From: Zygnema circumcarinatum SAG 698-1b
Lineage: Eukaryota > Plantae > Zygnematophyceae
Assembly: GCA_037447605.1 (NCBI GenBank)
Contig: CM074807.1
Coordinates: 186,001 to 250,000, forward strand
DNA length: 64,000 nt
Direction of reading: 5' to 3'
Shown here piece by piece: positions 1 to 13,557 of this stretch. The notes beneath the pieces were generated by a model. The model had not been told where the DNA came from. It saw only the letters and a list, made by a program, of their open reading frames with translations, and did not search any database. Every line of letters starts with the position of its first letter. Positions within the stretch are counted from its first letter, which is position 1. A program made the position numbers and the translations under genes.

Positions 1-3000
1 TGACTGCCGCCATTAGCATACCTTTGGCATCTATCTGCGGGTCTTGCCTCGACGCTCCCTCTCTCCGGATAGTCTCCAACTCGACCTGCTCTCTCACTCG
101 CCAGCCACCATCCACCAACCACGAATGAAGATTTTTGAGATTGCTGTGCTCGGGAAAACAGCGACTATGCGGATATTCCAAAATAAATATAAACTGTCAA
201 TTGCAGATAGTGATGAAAAGCACCTCATGCGCGATCATTTGTTTGACCGCACTGTTAAGCTGTCGATTGTCGGAACTGTGCTCCTGGAAAATACACCGTC
301 GCAAATGACAGCCAGATCAGAAGCTTACATTGATTCTCTGACATCATCATACCTCGTTGAACGATGATATCCCCTTCCTTTCCAAGTAGCATTCTATGCA
401 GAAATATCCAGCCCTTACAAACCGATTCCAGATCCCCAACTTTCCAGCATGCATCCATGTAATGATGTTTAAAAAAAATTCCTGGCAATGATCCCAATCT
501 ACCTCAAATCTTGTTAGGAGTCCGATCGGCGGTTCCAATTGCCAGGTGGCAGGCGTCCAATTGGGCTGTCCTCCCTGTTGGTTTGAGCCCTCCCATTGGC
601 TGATCTGCTTGGGAACTTTGTATGTGAGCCCGAGGGCAATCATAGAATCCACCAAATCCGCAACCTCCTGCTTTTCTCTCGCCGTAAAAAGCTGAGCTGC
701 TATCTGCATCCGTCGGAGCCGACCAGCGTTCAAGTACACCGATGAACGTTATGTGCAAAAACCCAAAAGAAAAAAACTACCAGTTTTGGATTCTGAGGTA
801 TGCGTGGACCATTTCACTTCAAAGCATCACTGCGGCTTAGAGATGGTGAGCTGCATTTGGCTCTTCTTTCTTTCGGTTTTCAGGTAACTTTTGGGTGTTA
901 GACCCAAAATGAAATGGTGTGGTGAGATGCTACCGACAGGGTGGAGAAACTAAGTGCAATCATGCCTTTGCCTGCTCAAATGACAGGTGTATGTGGTTTA
1001 AGCCATGCTCAAAACTGAGAGTTCTCTTTATTTCTTATTCTTATTTATTTCTTTATTTCTCTTTATTCCCGAGTTAATAGTGTGTTGCAGATGGTCTTAC
1101 TGGGCGCAACAACGGAGCCAAAATAGTGAGAAGTGGTGACACAATGTCTACCACAATGCTTTGCATGGAGAGATTTCTCGCAACAGATGGCGCCATTTTC
1201 TGTTGCCACGTCAGCACGAGCTCCTCACGAGAACCACGCTGTGTTCGATAACTGCCAAACAAAACCAAACGTTGCTTTCTACAAAGTGGAAGGGAACAAA
1301 GTGTTGCTTTCTACAAAGCAAAAGAGGAAACGAAAATAGTGAAGCATTGAACAAAGGAACCTTCGGGAAAGGGCACCATTCACGTTTGAATGCACATGAT
1401 TGATCATGAGATCAGTATGCCTCACAGATGTGCTAAATACACGATGGCATTGGATAGTGTGAAGGGCTTTGGGGCTTGCGTAGTTCAACATACTTTTGAT
1501 TCGCTTTTGGCCATTCAATGACTGGCCTCTCAGGGCCTGCCACCTGTCGCCTGATCGCCAACACTGGTATCGCTCTGTATGCTGTCAGGAAAGGGAAGAT
1601 AACAATGACTACGTCACACTCGATGACATCAAAAAAGGGAGTAAAAGAGAAAGCATAAGACCATTACCTTCAACCGTGACCATTAGCACTTTCACTCGCT
1701 TCATTCTCATATGCGAGCAGCAACAACTTTACAGCTGATTGATAACGGTATGCTAATTGTTCGAATCAAAACGTGGGAGCTCTCACCTGTGAGCCAAAAT
1801 TGCTGCTTTGCCATAGCCCGGTAGCCCCACAGCTCTGAATCGCTTATCCAGTTCAAACAGACAACCTGCCAGAAATCAATCAAGACCAACAGCCACTTAC
1901 CGATGCATACTTCAACTCAATGACTTTTCCAGGAATGCATGGAAGTAAAAACTGGAGAGCCCATTTCAGGACTGACGAACGCACTTACTGTTCAATTCTT
2001 CATAATGGTTTGGCCAATGCTGAAGATGGAGTGCAATATCTTTACCTTTTTCCTAATCCTATTGTGTTCTCACCGTCTTTAGAAGCGACACATCGTGGTA
2101 TCGCACGCGGAGGAAGTTTTCGAAGATGCCTTCAAGCACAAGGTCGTGATCTCCACTGCCTCCCACAAATCACTTAGCCTTTCAGCATCTTTGAAGCAGG
2201 TAAAGAACACTTGGCAATTGCAATATGTATTTTTCTGAAAACCTAAGTCAATTTCCTGGGCATAAAGATACATTATTATTATTGTAGGAGGGAGCAGACT
2301 TTGGCCTCTTACTGGGTAGAAACGAGTGTGTGTATGCTAGTGAATTCGTGAAGTTCTCCACTGACAACTTCTGTGAACTTTCCTCCAATTCCTCGAGGTG
2401 CACGCCTTTGGAAAATCTGTAGCCATCTCCGCCACAGAGGGATGCGGAACGAATGAAGAGAGTCCACTTCCTCTTTCGTAAGAGTTGTAAAAAACAGAAA
2501 ATAGAAGTCCTTTGTTGAAAACTTAATAGGATGTACCGAAAAAGCAGTGAAACGCATGTAAACTTGTCGTTACCTTATTCCAAATGTCAAACATGCTGCG
2601 TGCCACGTCCTTTCGACCGACCACTTGAGAGGCAATATCATACTGAATAGCACCACCCAAAGTTCCATTCTGAATCAAACTGAAGCTTCATCGTCTCCAC
2701 TCGTGACTTATGAAGGACGAGCATCAAACAGAGGACAGAAAAGAGTCTCCTCTATGAACAAGTCAGGGCCAGTAGCATGCTTCATACACAAAGGGCATCA
2801 CCGACCGACAGGATGGCATAAGTCTTCATTCTCTAAACACCATGCAGTGACTTCCGTTTCACTCTCGGCTCTTCCTAATTGTAGCTGCTAACGTTGAAAT
2901 TTTTCGAAAGAAACATGTGCGAAATAAGAGGAAAAAGCTACGAATAAGAAATGGCCTACCGCGCGCAGTCCTTGGCATTTCCGTTGCAAAAATTGCAAAG

Positions 3001-6000
3001 TGTTGAGGCAAGACCTTATGTCGCACTCTGTGTTCTCTCCCGCAGTCAGTTGAGGCAAAAAGGGTGAATTTAGAACCTCAGCTAACCTCAAAAAGGGAGA
3101 TTTAAAAAACAGAGACGGACGATGTGCCGTGACCCTGTTCTTCAAGTATGCGAAAGGTGAGTAGAAAGTGAGGACAGATCTATGCACAGTAACTGAAGAA
3201 AAAGCTCTTCGGCTATGGGGCCTGCAGCTACAGCTACAAGGGAGAGGCAGAATGTCGTGGACTGCAATAAGGATGGGTGGGGATAAAGGAGAACAACTGC
3301 ACTATTCCATGCAAAATTCGATGGGTAAGGAAAGACCTGTGTGTGTAGCCAAAGCTGTTAAGCTCCGTGAGTCTGTCTTGAAGCCCTCTGCACTGCAGAT
3401 TTGACGGAGTCTGCATCACAGCCAATGCCAGTACAGCTTGATATGGTGGAGGCAGAATTGCCTAAGGTAGTCCAACATGCAGGAATTCAGCAGCAGCTTT
3501 GGCTTGCTCCCTCCCCGCTACAAGCACTTTCTCTTGCCCCCTCTCTTTGTCCTCTCAAACTCTTCCACATTGCCTCGTTTGTCTCGTTTCTCTACTCAGT
3601 CTCCTGCCATTCCCCGGCTCTACTCCTCTCCTACTCATTATCTTTGCCTTTTCTCTGAAGTCCTCTAAATTCTCTTTATAGCTCCTTCCTCCCTCTTCTT
3701 TAACCTCTTACTTACTCAATGGCCACACTCTTACAGCAGATTCATGGTTGTACCAGAACGGAAAAGGAAGTAAAGCTGACGTTAAGTTCGGGAGCTAATG
3801 CTTACCGATTTACAACGCGATTTACAGATGGCTGAGTGAACACGACCACTCTGCACCAGAGATCAATCATTTTCTACCTCCCCGTTAACAATCCTGAGCT
3901 TCCACCATGCACCAAATTTCACAACCTTCTCATGAAGATTGAACAAAAGTGGCAAAGGGGGAGCACCCCACCATTGTGTTAGAGAGTGTGCTCACCTCGC
4001 TACTTGGCGGAGTGGTCTGAGAGCCGGAGCATAGAGATCATTGCAGATGCAAATAACCTGCTCACGGTAGCATGTTAGTCTGCTTTATCACAGGACATGA
4101 TCAGATGCAAACTCCAAACTCCACATTATAATAATAAAAAAAGCGGTTTTTTCTGTAGGTTTCTTACTGGACGGCTCAAACGCTTCACTCCACTTGCATT
4201 CTTTTTGCTTTTAGACTTCTTTGGCCCCTCGTCTTCCTTCCCCTTAGAAGCCAGTTTCTGATCGGCAAGAACCTGCACAACCCTGGAGAGTTTTCCCATG
4301 AGTTCCGTACACAATCTGTTGAATGCTTAAACTATTTCAAAACTTGACATGTGTCCATCCATTTCAGGGATGTCCTAAGGAGAAAGAGAAAGGCTTACGA
4401 TTTCAAGGAGTGCACCGATTGCCCCCTTGCCTTCACTGCTACTGAAGGCACCATCGATTTCATCAATGATCTGCAAAAACCTCTCAACAGCATTTCCAAT
4501 TCACAACCGACGGATTCGGAGCCCTTCATCACAATGCAGAATGCTACGGAGAATAACGAGCCCTTCCTCCTCCCTTCCCGAGCGAGACAGCCAACTGCCC
4601 AATACATGATAGTCAAAGCCATACTACATGACTCATCTGAAATGGAATCTTGTTTGATAGGACGTAGGAAGACAGACAGTGAAGGTATCTTGCAGCCCAC
4701 CAAACAATTGGGTCGACCGTCGCTAATGACCGATTGCATTTGTACCGCATCAAGAATTCGTGAACGAATAGTATTTGCCACACGGTCATCACTTGCATTC
4801 ACCTGCAAGAGGACATCAAAAGCGAAAGTATAAATTTTGACATAGTATAACACAATGAATATATACAAATGCCCCCAATAACTAACGCTTGAAGGCCTTA
4901 GAGAAGGGCATAGACTGAAACTTAATCGTCTATTGTCATTATATTCTTTAATGTCACACAAAGGACTATCTTGACCGGATATAGATTCATTAGGAATAAA
5001 GAGCTTTCTGAGGATTCGAGGAAGCCCACCTCAACAACCCGATATCCGCAATGGCGAGCGACCACATGTGCCAATGTCGTTTTGCCCAATCCAGGAGCCC
5101 CGCAAAGTAGTAGTACCTAAGAGAAGCATGATGAGCTGATGAGCTTGTCGGAGCTAAGAAACTGCAAAAGACAACTTACGTAACAGACCCAAACATGAAC
5201 ATAACTTAGCAAAAAGACTAGAGTTGAAAAATTCCCTGACAATTAGAGCTCTCCTTACCTTCTCATCTGGTCGGTCTTGTGGTAATCCCTTAGACACAGC
5301 CTCGCCATTCTTCATAGGTTCCTTACCTCCAAAGCCTTTCCAACCCTGTCCCCCTCCTTCAGTTCCGCCCCGCCTACCTCCTACTTCACTGCTCCATCTT
5401 CCCCCTGAACTCCCAAATCTTCCCTTGCTAAAGCCACCCCGGAAGGTATTACTTTGCCTCACGGGCCCTCCCCTTCCCTGCCCTCGTCCCCCTGACCAAC
5501 CATGGCTTTCTTCCCTTCCTTCTCCCCATCCAGTACTACCGCTCCCAGATTCCCCCCTTCCCCTGCCTGAATATCTTCCTTGACCTCCACTTGCGAATCC
5601 TCCTCGTTGCTGTCTATGACCTGCATGGATGCCACTATTTGGAGCCTTCCTTCGCAGAACAGACAAAACCTCCGCTGACGTCGCAACCTTCGATTCGCCA
5701 AATGCACATGGGTCCCACTGTTTCAGCCACCGCAGCACCTGCAGTACTTGTACTCCAAAACGAACTTTTGTTAGCATTACTGAAAGATTGTTGAACAATC
5801 TCGATTGCTTCAAGCTAGACATAATGAAAAATCGAACGATTAACACATGGATGAACTAATTATTAAACACAAAAAGTTCGACATTTCTCACCTCACGATT
5901 GATGCGCTCGTCGCTGAGAAGTTCTGTGAAAGTCCTTGGGCTGTACTTGTCCACCCACAGCTGCACACCAGCTTGTTCTCGAAGGGCCTCTCTTTCATTC

Positions 6001-8587
6001 TCAGGTATGGTTGGTTGACTCTCTCCTACGGATGTCTGCAGCAATGCGCGGAGATTTTTGCCGTTGTTCTTCTGACTTCTTGAAAATCTTCCCAGCTGCG
6101 ATATTCCGCCTCGAAACTCTAACTCTAGAAAGGCACATGTTTACTAAACACTCACACATATAATAAGAATGCTAGAGAAGCCATACCTTAAGAGCTCGTT
6201 GGAATCGATCGGCTTCAACTCGTTCAATCATCTGATCGATCGGCTCAGATAGTAGCGGGCGCCCGTCTGTACAAACAATTGCTTGAATGTAAATTAAAGT
6301 TAAGTACTGTAACGAGTATGGTTGTCAAACAACCCAACCGTATTGGTTTACCAACTTAGACTCAGTCTGACATGCCTTCACCTAAAAGCGAGTATCCAGG
6401 CAGCTGCGTCATTTCTTAAATTCAAAGGTCGTTACAATTCTGCGAAATCATGTACTTCGGCAGCTCACCTCCGCATCCTCCCAACTTCGAAAATGCTCGC
6501 AAACCGTTCAGGCTTCTGTTTACTTCTCCAGCATTCCGTAGTTGTGTGTAAACTCTCTCGCCTCCATAACTCACTGGAATAATACTTCCCTCCACATCCG
6601 TCGCTCTCCGAAAAACCTTTGTCAACTCTTCAAAGGGGGTTGGGAGCGGCTCAGGTTTACGAGCAACAGGTGGCTGTTGGCATCTTGAAAGGTCCCCTTT
6701 ATCCACAAAAGCGTCTTTTACTGGATCCAACAGTACTACTTTGGTGGAGCAAGGGCCAACTGCCTGTATTGGTTCACTTTTTGCAGACGAAGGATTCTGA
6801 GGTGTCGGGTTACTTTGAAGAATGCGAGTGTTTCTGCTGCTTTGAAGATTCAGAGCACTAGGGTTGGCGTCACCTGTGAGAACAGTTGAAGAAGTTAGAT
6901 TCGGTTCAAGCATTGGCATAGAAAGGATACGTTCGATGGGGAAAGAAACGATAGGTTGAAAAAAATATATATATGTTTTTTAAACACAGACAGAATGGCG
7001 ATTTCAGTGAAATAGGGCACTTGGAAGCCGAAGAACCACTGTCCCCCGTCGATCGTGCTATTTCACGCTTGTCAAAGAGAGACTAGATTTCGGTATACAG
7101 AGCACAGACACAACTGCCAGCCTCTTTGAACATGCGGACAAGAAGTACCTCGCGACCAAGCATCAAAGACCTGTCCCCTGCAAGAAAGAATCTCCAATTT
7201 AAGCATCCTTATTCCTAACGTTGCCCTTTCAGCAGATTCTTCACCAAAACAGGATCGTTTCCTGAGCATGAACGGTCCATTCAAAGAGCAGATATTTATG
7301 GGCAGCCAGGGTGTTGACAAATGTGGTAAGCAGAAATTCTCACCCTTATCAAGCTCCTCGAAGTCATCCCATGTATCTGTACCGTCCATTCCATCTTCCT
7401 GCATAGCCATCCATTCTAGCTCCGCAATATCGGGTTCATCCCCTGTGCCGCCCTTGGAAAGCTGCCTTCCACCCACCGTTCTGTGCTTCACAGGTGATAC
7501 TGGAAGTGTTCCTTTAAGTGCTGAGAAAAGTGGGGGCTCCTCAGATATAGTAGAAGTGCTGGGCTCCAGGCGTGGTTGATGGCCTTCTTTAACTTGCTGG
7601 TGAGACCGAAGATGAGCCTTCTTCGGGAAGGAGCGGAGTCCCCCGGGTGGGCCTTCTTTAACATGCAGGTGAGGCCGAAGATGAGCCTTCTTCGGAAACG
7701 AACGCAGTCCTCCGAGTGGGCGCTGTCCAATGACTTCTTGACTGGGTAATGCAGGCTCTGCAAGGGATGAACTGCAAATGTTAGAGTAGCATTTTTGTTC
7801 TCACAGAAATTAATCCATCAACCGTTTCATGAACATCCAAAGCTTCCGACAGGCATTTCTCACTTCCTCATACATTACGCCTGCTGTGACAATACTAATA
7901 GTTTGCCAGTGTGGGGGGATTAACATATCATTCTCGATGAGTTATTAGGAATGCAAGTAGTTAGGTCACGTTCGATTGCGGAGTTGCAACCAATATGTTA
8001 TGCCCACCAATCGCAGTTTGATGGCGTGTGAGACATTAGAAGCGTGCCAGCCTTTCTCGAAACTTTCACTATTCTCTTGTGTGATAGACGCAGTACAGTT
8101 GCTGTCACCTGTCCTTCAGACTTCAGACATTGGATTCTTTGATAGGCTCCTCGAACAAGGGGAATGCATTTCCAAGGGAAGACTTTGGAAATAAACAAAA
8201 TAAAATTCTAAGAAGTAATAAAGAAACTTGACAACACCGTATATAAGGAGGCCTAGGCATAAAGCAGGAATATGTGCTCAAATATGACAGTCGCTTGAAG
8301 AACATGGACTATAGTAAAGATTTTTTGCACATTTAACCATTCCAAATGTGCTGCATGCCACCTGTGTACCGCCTGTTTCATCCAGTTTTGTCAAATGACC
8401 GAACTTTCCCACCCATCTTTTCACATTGAAATTTGAAATAGTCACCTTCAACTGGTGGCGCTTCATTCACAATCGACTCCTCGCCGTGGTCAGCAGCCGG
8501 CTCGTCAAAATTGTCGAAATCATCAAAATCGGGCGGTTCGTCCTGCGCCGCCATCCATTCGAGCTCGTCCAGGTCCGGCTCGTCCAT
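1..8587 (-). CDS. CTF18: Chromosome transmission fidelity protein 18 (RFC-like clamp loader large subunit), multi-exon, 3' end runs off the window
   Basis: Exon peptides LWVDKYSPRTFTELLSDERINRE (~5890-5960), VLRWLKQWD, Walker A VLLLCGAPGLGKTTLAHVVARHCGYRVVE (~5030-5117), VNASDDR...ILDAVQMQSVISDGRPNCL (~4700-4802), LSRPVIC, CDIRSCLNTLQFL (~2985-3030); GT-AG boundaries. N-terminal exon structure is uncertain. Confidence 0.93.
7575..7722 (-). repeat. ~69-bp tandem duplication inside a CTF18 exon (two copies of GGLRSFPKKAHLRxHxxVKEG)
   Basis: ggccttctttaac...gaagatgagccttcttcgg occurs twice, 69 nt apart, in frame with the DEPDIAELEW exon. Confidence 0.8.
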
Positions 8588-9751
8588 CACTTATTCTATG
8601 CAAAGGATTTCAGCTCGTACTCAGCACGACAACACACACCAATGCTAATAAAAAAGTTGATCCTTCAGTCACACGCGTCTTGAAGACAGGTTGCCTTCCG
8701 CTTAATCCCTTATAAATTCTGTCAATCCGCTCCTCTACCCTCTGCATGACGTACAGACGCCTCAACTTGCAAAGAATCCGCCAGCTGACAATCGGATGAC
8801 AGCCTCTTAAGGAAGCTCATATTGACCATAACGTCCTCGCCCTTCGTCGGAATATCACAATGTGCATTCTGCAACAGCCGGCGAACATATGAGCCTGCGC
8901 CATGTGCCGCACCTTCTCCTGGTGGTGCCAGAAAAGGGGTCCCCCGAGCTCCTGACAGAGGGAGAGAGAGGGCGAGGGAGGGGAGGCCTCGCGCCATTTG
9001 AACCAGCGACTTTTCCCTCCAATTTGTGGCTTCACTTCGCTTCCGTGCACGTGTGCGCGACTGAGCATCCTGCTACAGTCCCCGTTTCACAACGACGCAA
9101 CTTCGTGATACGCTATCCCGTTACAGTATGGCTGCCTCGTACGACGCTAAACAGCTCCACTCAGCGAGCGACTTTTGGCCCCGCTTTTTAGCCACGGCTG
9201 GTGTTGGGCCTACAAGGAAGCTCATGGCTCATGGCCTTTGCTTGCATGCATGGGTCACTTGCGCCAGCCCCGTTCACATCAGGCCCAGATCCAAGAGTTT
9301 AGTTCAAGGGGGGCTGACCCATAACGAGTTGGGGAAAGAAAATCTGACATTTGAGTGTGGGTGTTTTTGCTATTCAGCCGTCAAAGGCGATCGATCAGTG
9401 GCTCACAGTTTTTTTAAAATACGAGGGGGGGCGTAATTCCCTCTCACGCAACCGTGGGTCCACAACTGACGCTTGTTTGGACGTCTGTCAGTTTGAACAT
9501 GCCTTGAAGCGTTGCTCAACAGTAGACGAGTCAAAGTTGGCGAACATGTTTCATGTGGAAATAAAGAGTACTTGCATTCATATCCGTCCATATATAAAGT
9601 ACAACAATCAATCCTGTCTAACCCTACACTAGTGCCTTTGCCACATTCTGCAGCATTGACATTTACAAAACTGCCGACAGTGCCCCATTTCTACTATCCC
9701 AACCCCACCCCCATATCCACAACGAGCCGGCCCTGACCCCCTCTCTCCAGC

Positions 9752-9886
9752 CCCATGACCCCATGTTCCCATGGCCCCCATGGTTCCATGGTCCTATGGT
9801 TCCCATGGTCCTATGGCCCCATGCCCCCCATGGTCCCATGGTCCTATGGTCCCCATGCCCCCCATGGCCCCCATGGCCCCCCATGA
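9752..9886. repeat. Degenerate CCATGG/CCTATGG tandem array just after the root-cap gene stop codon
   Basis: ccccatgaccccatgttcccatggcccccatggttccatggtcctatgg..., ~8-10 nt units. Confidence 0.9.
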
Positions 9887-9894
9887 CCAGCCGC

Positions 9895-12487
9895 TCAGGC
9901 CTCGAAGGCGAAGGACCTGGCGCCCTTCCCGAGCGCGTTCTGAGCGCCGGCGGAGGCGAGCTCGGCGGCGGCGGCGGCGGCGGCGGCGGCGCGCTCGGCG
10001 GCGCGGCGGAAGCGCGCGAAGCGGCAGTCGGCGCGCAGGAGCGCGGAGGAGCGGTAGTCGCCCGCGCGGCCGTCCAGGAAGCCCTCCGCGTCGTCTCCCG
10101 GCACCACCTCCGCCGCGAGGAGCTCGCTGTACACCAGCTGCTGGCTACCGCTGCCGCCGGCACATCACATGCATGCATGCATGCATGCAGGGGAGGGGTC
10201 TCAGCCACTCCGCACTTTGTTTCTTACCCCATATTCCAGCTCAGTTTACTCAAGACTACGAACAAGAAGCAACCAGTTGTGGGGTCTAAGGCAGGACGAG
10301 GGTTGTTGGATTAGCACTTACAGGCGGTCCTTGTGGTCGGAGCGGAAGGTCTGGCCGAGAATGCCGTGAGCATCATCGGACAGGTCGGCCACAGGCATCT
10401 CAAAGTCGAAATGTACCACTCCGTCCGTGGCAGTCCTCAGCATGGCGATTTCCGGCCGCAGAGTGAGCCTCAGATTCAGCACGTCCGTCACCTTGATCTG
10501 GAACACGTCCACCAAATCGTCGCCACTGCGCCTCTTGGCCGCAAGCCACCTCACTTCAATGTCGCCGTTAGCGCGGAGAGCGGAGTCTCCCGCTTGTCCA
10601 AGCTGCAGCTCCTCGCCGTCGACGGTAAGGCGGCCCAAGTAGCCATTGTCGTACTGCCACCTGGCGCCTTCGCGTGCTGCCAGCACGATGGTGTGGTGAC
10701 CCCAAAGGATGCCGATCTGGCGAATCCATGTGAGGGCCTTGCGAGGGTTGCTGCCCCACCGGCCGTAACGGCCGCCATAGAACACGTTGATGTGGAGGTG
10801 AGCATCAGACACAAGGCAATAGGTGGCATTGGGTTCGCCTGCACGCCCCGCAAATCATCGATTTCTTTAAAACAAAAAACTTGTGAACGACCATCGCGTC
10901 CTCTACTAAGGGGAGGGTGTATCTCACGAAAGCAAAATTCTCAACTGGGGGAAGGGCTGCTGTTAGGGTAGTTGACCTGAGAAGTCGAAGCGCGAGCCGT
11001 CGGCGCCGGTGTAGTGGGGGTCGCCCACTCCGCCCGGGGAGGGAGGGGTGGCGGAGGGGCAGCTTGCATCGATCACAGAGGGCGCGTAGCATGCCTGCAA
11101 GCCCAGGCTGATGTCGGCGGAGGTGGACGCCAGGTTCGTGAGAGTCACCGCACTGATCCACGCGTTGCCCTGATAAGAAACGTATGATAAACATGTATGA
11201 ATACATGGACTGGGAACGAGAGAGAAAGAGGGAGAGAGAGAGAGAAAGAGGGAGAGAGAGAGAGAGAACGAGGGTAGAGGAGAGAGGGAGAGCTTACGAG
11301 TGTGCCCCCAGAGTTGCACTGGCCGTTGTTGAGGATGTTGACTGGGCAGAGCGCAGAGGAAGCCGTGACGGAGCAGCCAATGATCTGCGAGCTGGCGAGC
11401 TGCCCCGTGAGCGGATTTCCGCCCACGAAGAGAGCGTTCAGGAAGGCTGTGTTCGCGGATACCAGCGCGGAGGCACCCGTGGCGCCGCTGATGGCCACCT
11501 GGAGGAGGAGGGGGAGGAGGGGAGGAGGAGAGGAGGAGAGGAGTTGAGGAGGAGGAGAGGAGGAGGAAGAGGAGGAGAGGAGGAGGAGGAGGAGGAGGAG
11601 GAGGAGGAGGAGGAGGAGGAGGAGGAGGAGGAGGAGGAGGAGGAGAAGCCATTCAGACACGGCCCCTTTCGTCAGCACTCGTGGCAATGTGAGTCAAGGT
11701 TAGTGGGTTATGTGGGTCAAGGTTAGTGGGTTATGTGGGTCAGGTCGTTGTCTTATCTGCAGCAAAGGTTACAGTTCGATAGATGACCCAAGTCTTCATC
11801 AAAGCGTGATCATAAGCTTAATTGTATATGATTCATAACTTCATAGTCTCTATGAAAGAATTACAACACACTGGAAGGTGGAACGCTCACTTGAAATCCT
11901 CCGCTGGCAGTGGTTCCCCCCGTGGCCCACACGTAGCTGTAGGACGTCTGCCCCGCCGTCACGCTGCTGATGCTGCAATTGATGCTCACCTGCCACAGCA
12001 TTAGGGCACACGTGGCACCCCCACGTCAGCATTGCGCACCAATCCACCATGGAAGGAAACCAGCCGAAGAGGCGGAGTATGAGCAGAGAAGTAGAGAGGG
12101 TATTGAAGCAAGAGGGAGAGGGAGTGAGGGATAATGAGGGAGGTAGAGAGAGCGAGAGAGAGAGAGGGGCAGTGGGACCGTACGGGGGTCAATGCGGAGA
12201 GGAGGTCGAGGGTGCCGCTGAAGGAGCCGTCCCAACATTTGTCACAAAAGATCGACCCCACGATGGAACTCGCATTCTGCATTCCCCGCTCTCTCGTCAT
12301 CAGTGAAAATTTTCCGCACAAGGAGAAGAAGTTCTAAGTTTAGGATTCACATGTTTTCATCGCAAGGAAACCAAAAAGCCGTCATTTGCGCTCAGAACAT
12401 CGATTGTACCGCAGCGGGAAGCAGCGAATGCAGCAAAGCAGCGCAGAGCGCCCCCACAACCGCCCAAGTCCTTCCGCCCGCAGCCAT
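9895..12487 (-). CDS. Secreted Pollen Ole e 1-like + root cap (LEA-related) domain protein, ~7 exons
   Basis: Signal-like MAAGGRTWAVVGALCAALLHSLLPAA; IVGSIFCDKC (Ole e 1-like); GDPHYTGADGSRFDFSG, YCLVSDAHLHIN, TWIRQIGILW, HGILGQTFR and FLDG...DY...SALLRADCRFARF are typical of plant root-cap/LEA proteins. Confidence 0.85.
11501..11646. repeat. (GAG)n microsatellite in a root-cap gene intron (reads as a pyrimidine tract on the coding strand)
   Basis: Long ggaggagga run directly upstream of the acceptor at ~11499. Confidence 0.95.
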
Positions 12488-13557
12488 GGCTTCCCTGCTT
12501 TCCCTTTTGCTCTGTGATTCCTCCTCTCGTCACCCTCTTCGCTCCCGCTCAGCCCCTCTCCCTGCTCCACTCTCCCTTTCCTTCTCTCTCTCTCACTCTC
12601 TCTCTCCTTCTCTCTCTCTCTCACTCACTCACTCTCGCTCTCTCTCTCTCTCTCTCTCCCCTCTCTCTCTCTCACAGTCTCAAGGAGGACTGATGCCGCC
12701 GCTTCCCGCCAGCTCCGACCTTTATCCGCTGCTCCGCCGGCGGCCGACAGCTGCGCCCCCCACGTGGCGCCGATTCATTGGCGCGAGCTCCACGCAGACA
12801 CGTGTGAAGGAGGTCCGCGCGGCTCCCGGCCCCTAGCCCGACCGACATTCCGCTTGTCGCCTGCGCCGAGCGGCCGAGGCGGGCCGAGGCGGGTCGCTTG
12901 GGCGGCCGCTGTACGGCAGCTGTCGATGCTCACCCACGCGGGTACGGCGGTCAGGAGGATCGGATTCTAAAGATCTAAAATGAAATCTAAAGAGATATGA
13001 GATCTGTATGACGTATCTTTATTGGAGCTAGATTTGGAAGAAGTCCTGAAGTCATTAGAGGTCGGCCAATGAATGATCAGAGAATCAACAAAGTGAGATT
13101 CTAATAGGGATCTGAAGAGATACGAATTTGCCAATTTAGATACGAAAGTAGGATTCTGCAAATCCTGTACGACGTAGCGTCTCGTGTTCGTACGGTCCCG
13201 TGGGTTGGCGGTTGGAGGGGAACGGACTGGGTAGTGGCTGGAGGTTGGAAGGAACTGTAATGGCGGTCAGTACGGTACCTTATATCCTTCACCTGTTACC
13301 CTTCCAGTAATTGTATGTTCTCTGTGAATACCGTGACGGCGAACATGACTGTAACTGCGTGTCTGCTGCTAAACGACGTCATATAACCCTAAAAACCGCC
13401 CTGACTGCTGTTCCATGCTCTGCGGGTGTAGTCGTACGAACGTTCCATGCCCTGTAGTTGGAGTCCAAGAAACGCTTTTCTATGTGTCACGCTCAATGCC
13501 CGACAAGTGGTGGCGAGGCGGCTGCTGAGAGTGGAGGGCGCAGCAGGAGTCCAGGCC

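Noticed and set aside
6921-6932. U12-type donor-like GTATCCTTT on the minus strand
   Set aside because: It lies inside an intron near its 3' end with no exon upstream of it.
8485-8500. Possible GC-AG first intron in CTF18 (CACG|gcgag)
   Set aside because: A same-phase canonical GT donor (GAAG|gtgac) lies ~40 nt further on, so this cannot be resolved from sequence.
9663-11726. Long poly-Pro/Glu/Leu/Arg ORFs and antisense ORFs
   Set aside because: These are shadows of microsatellites and GC-rich coding exons.
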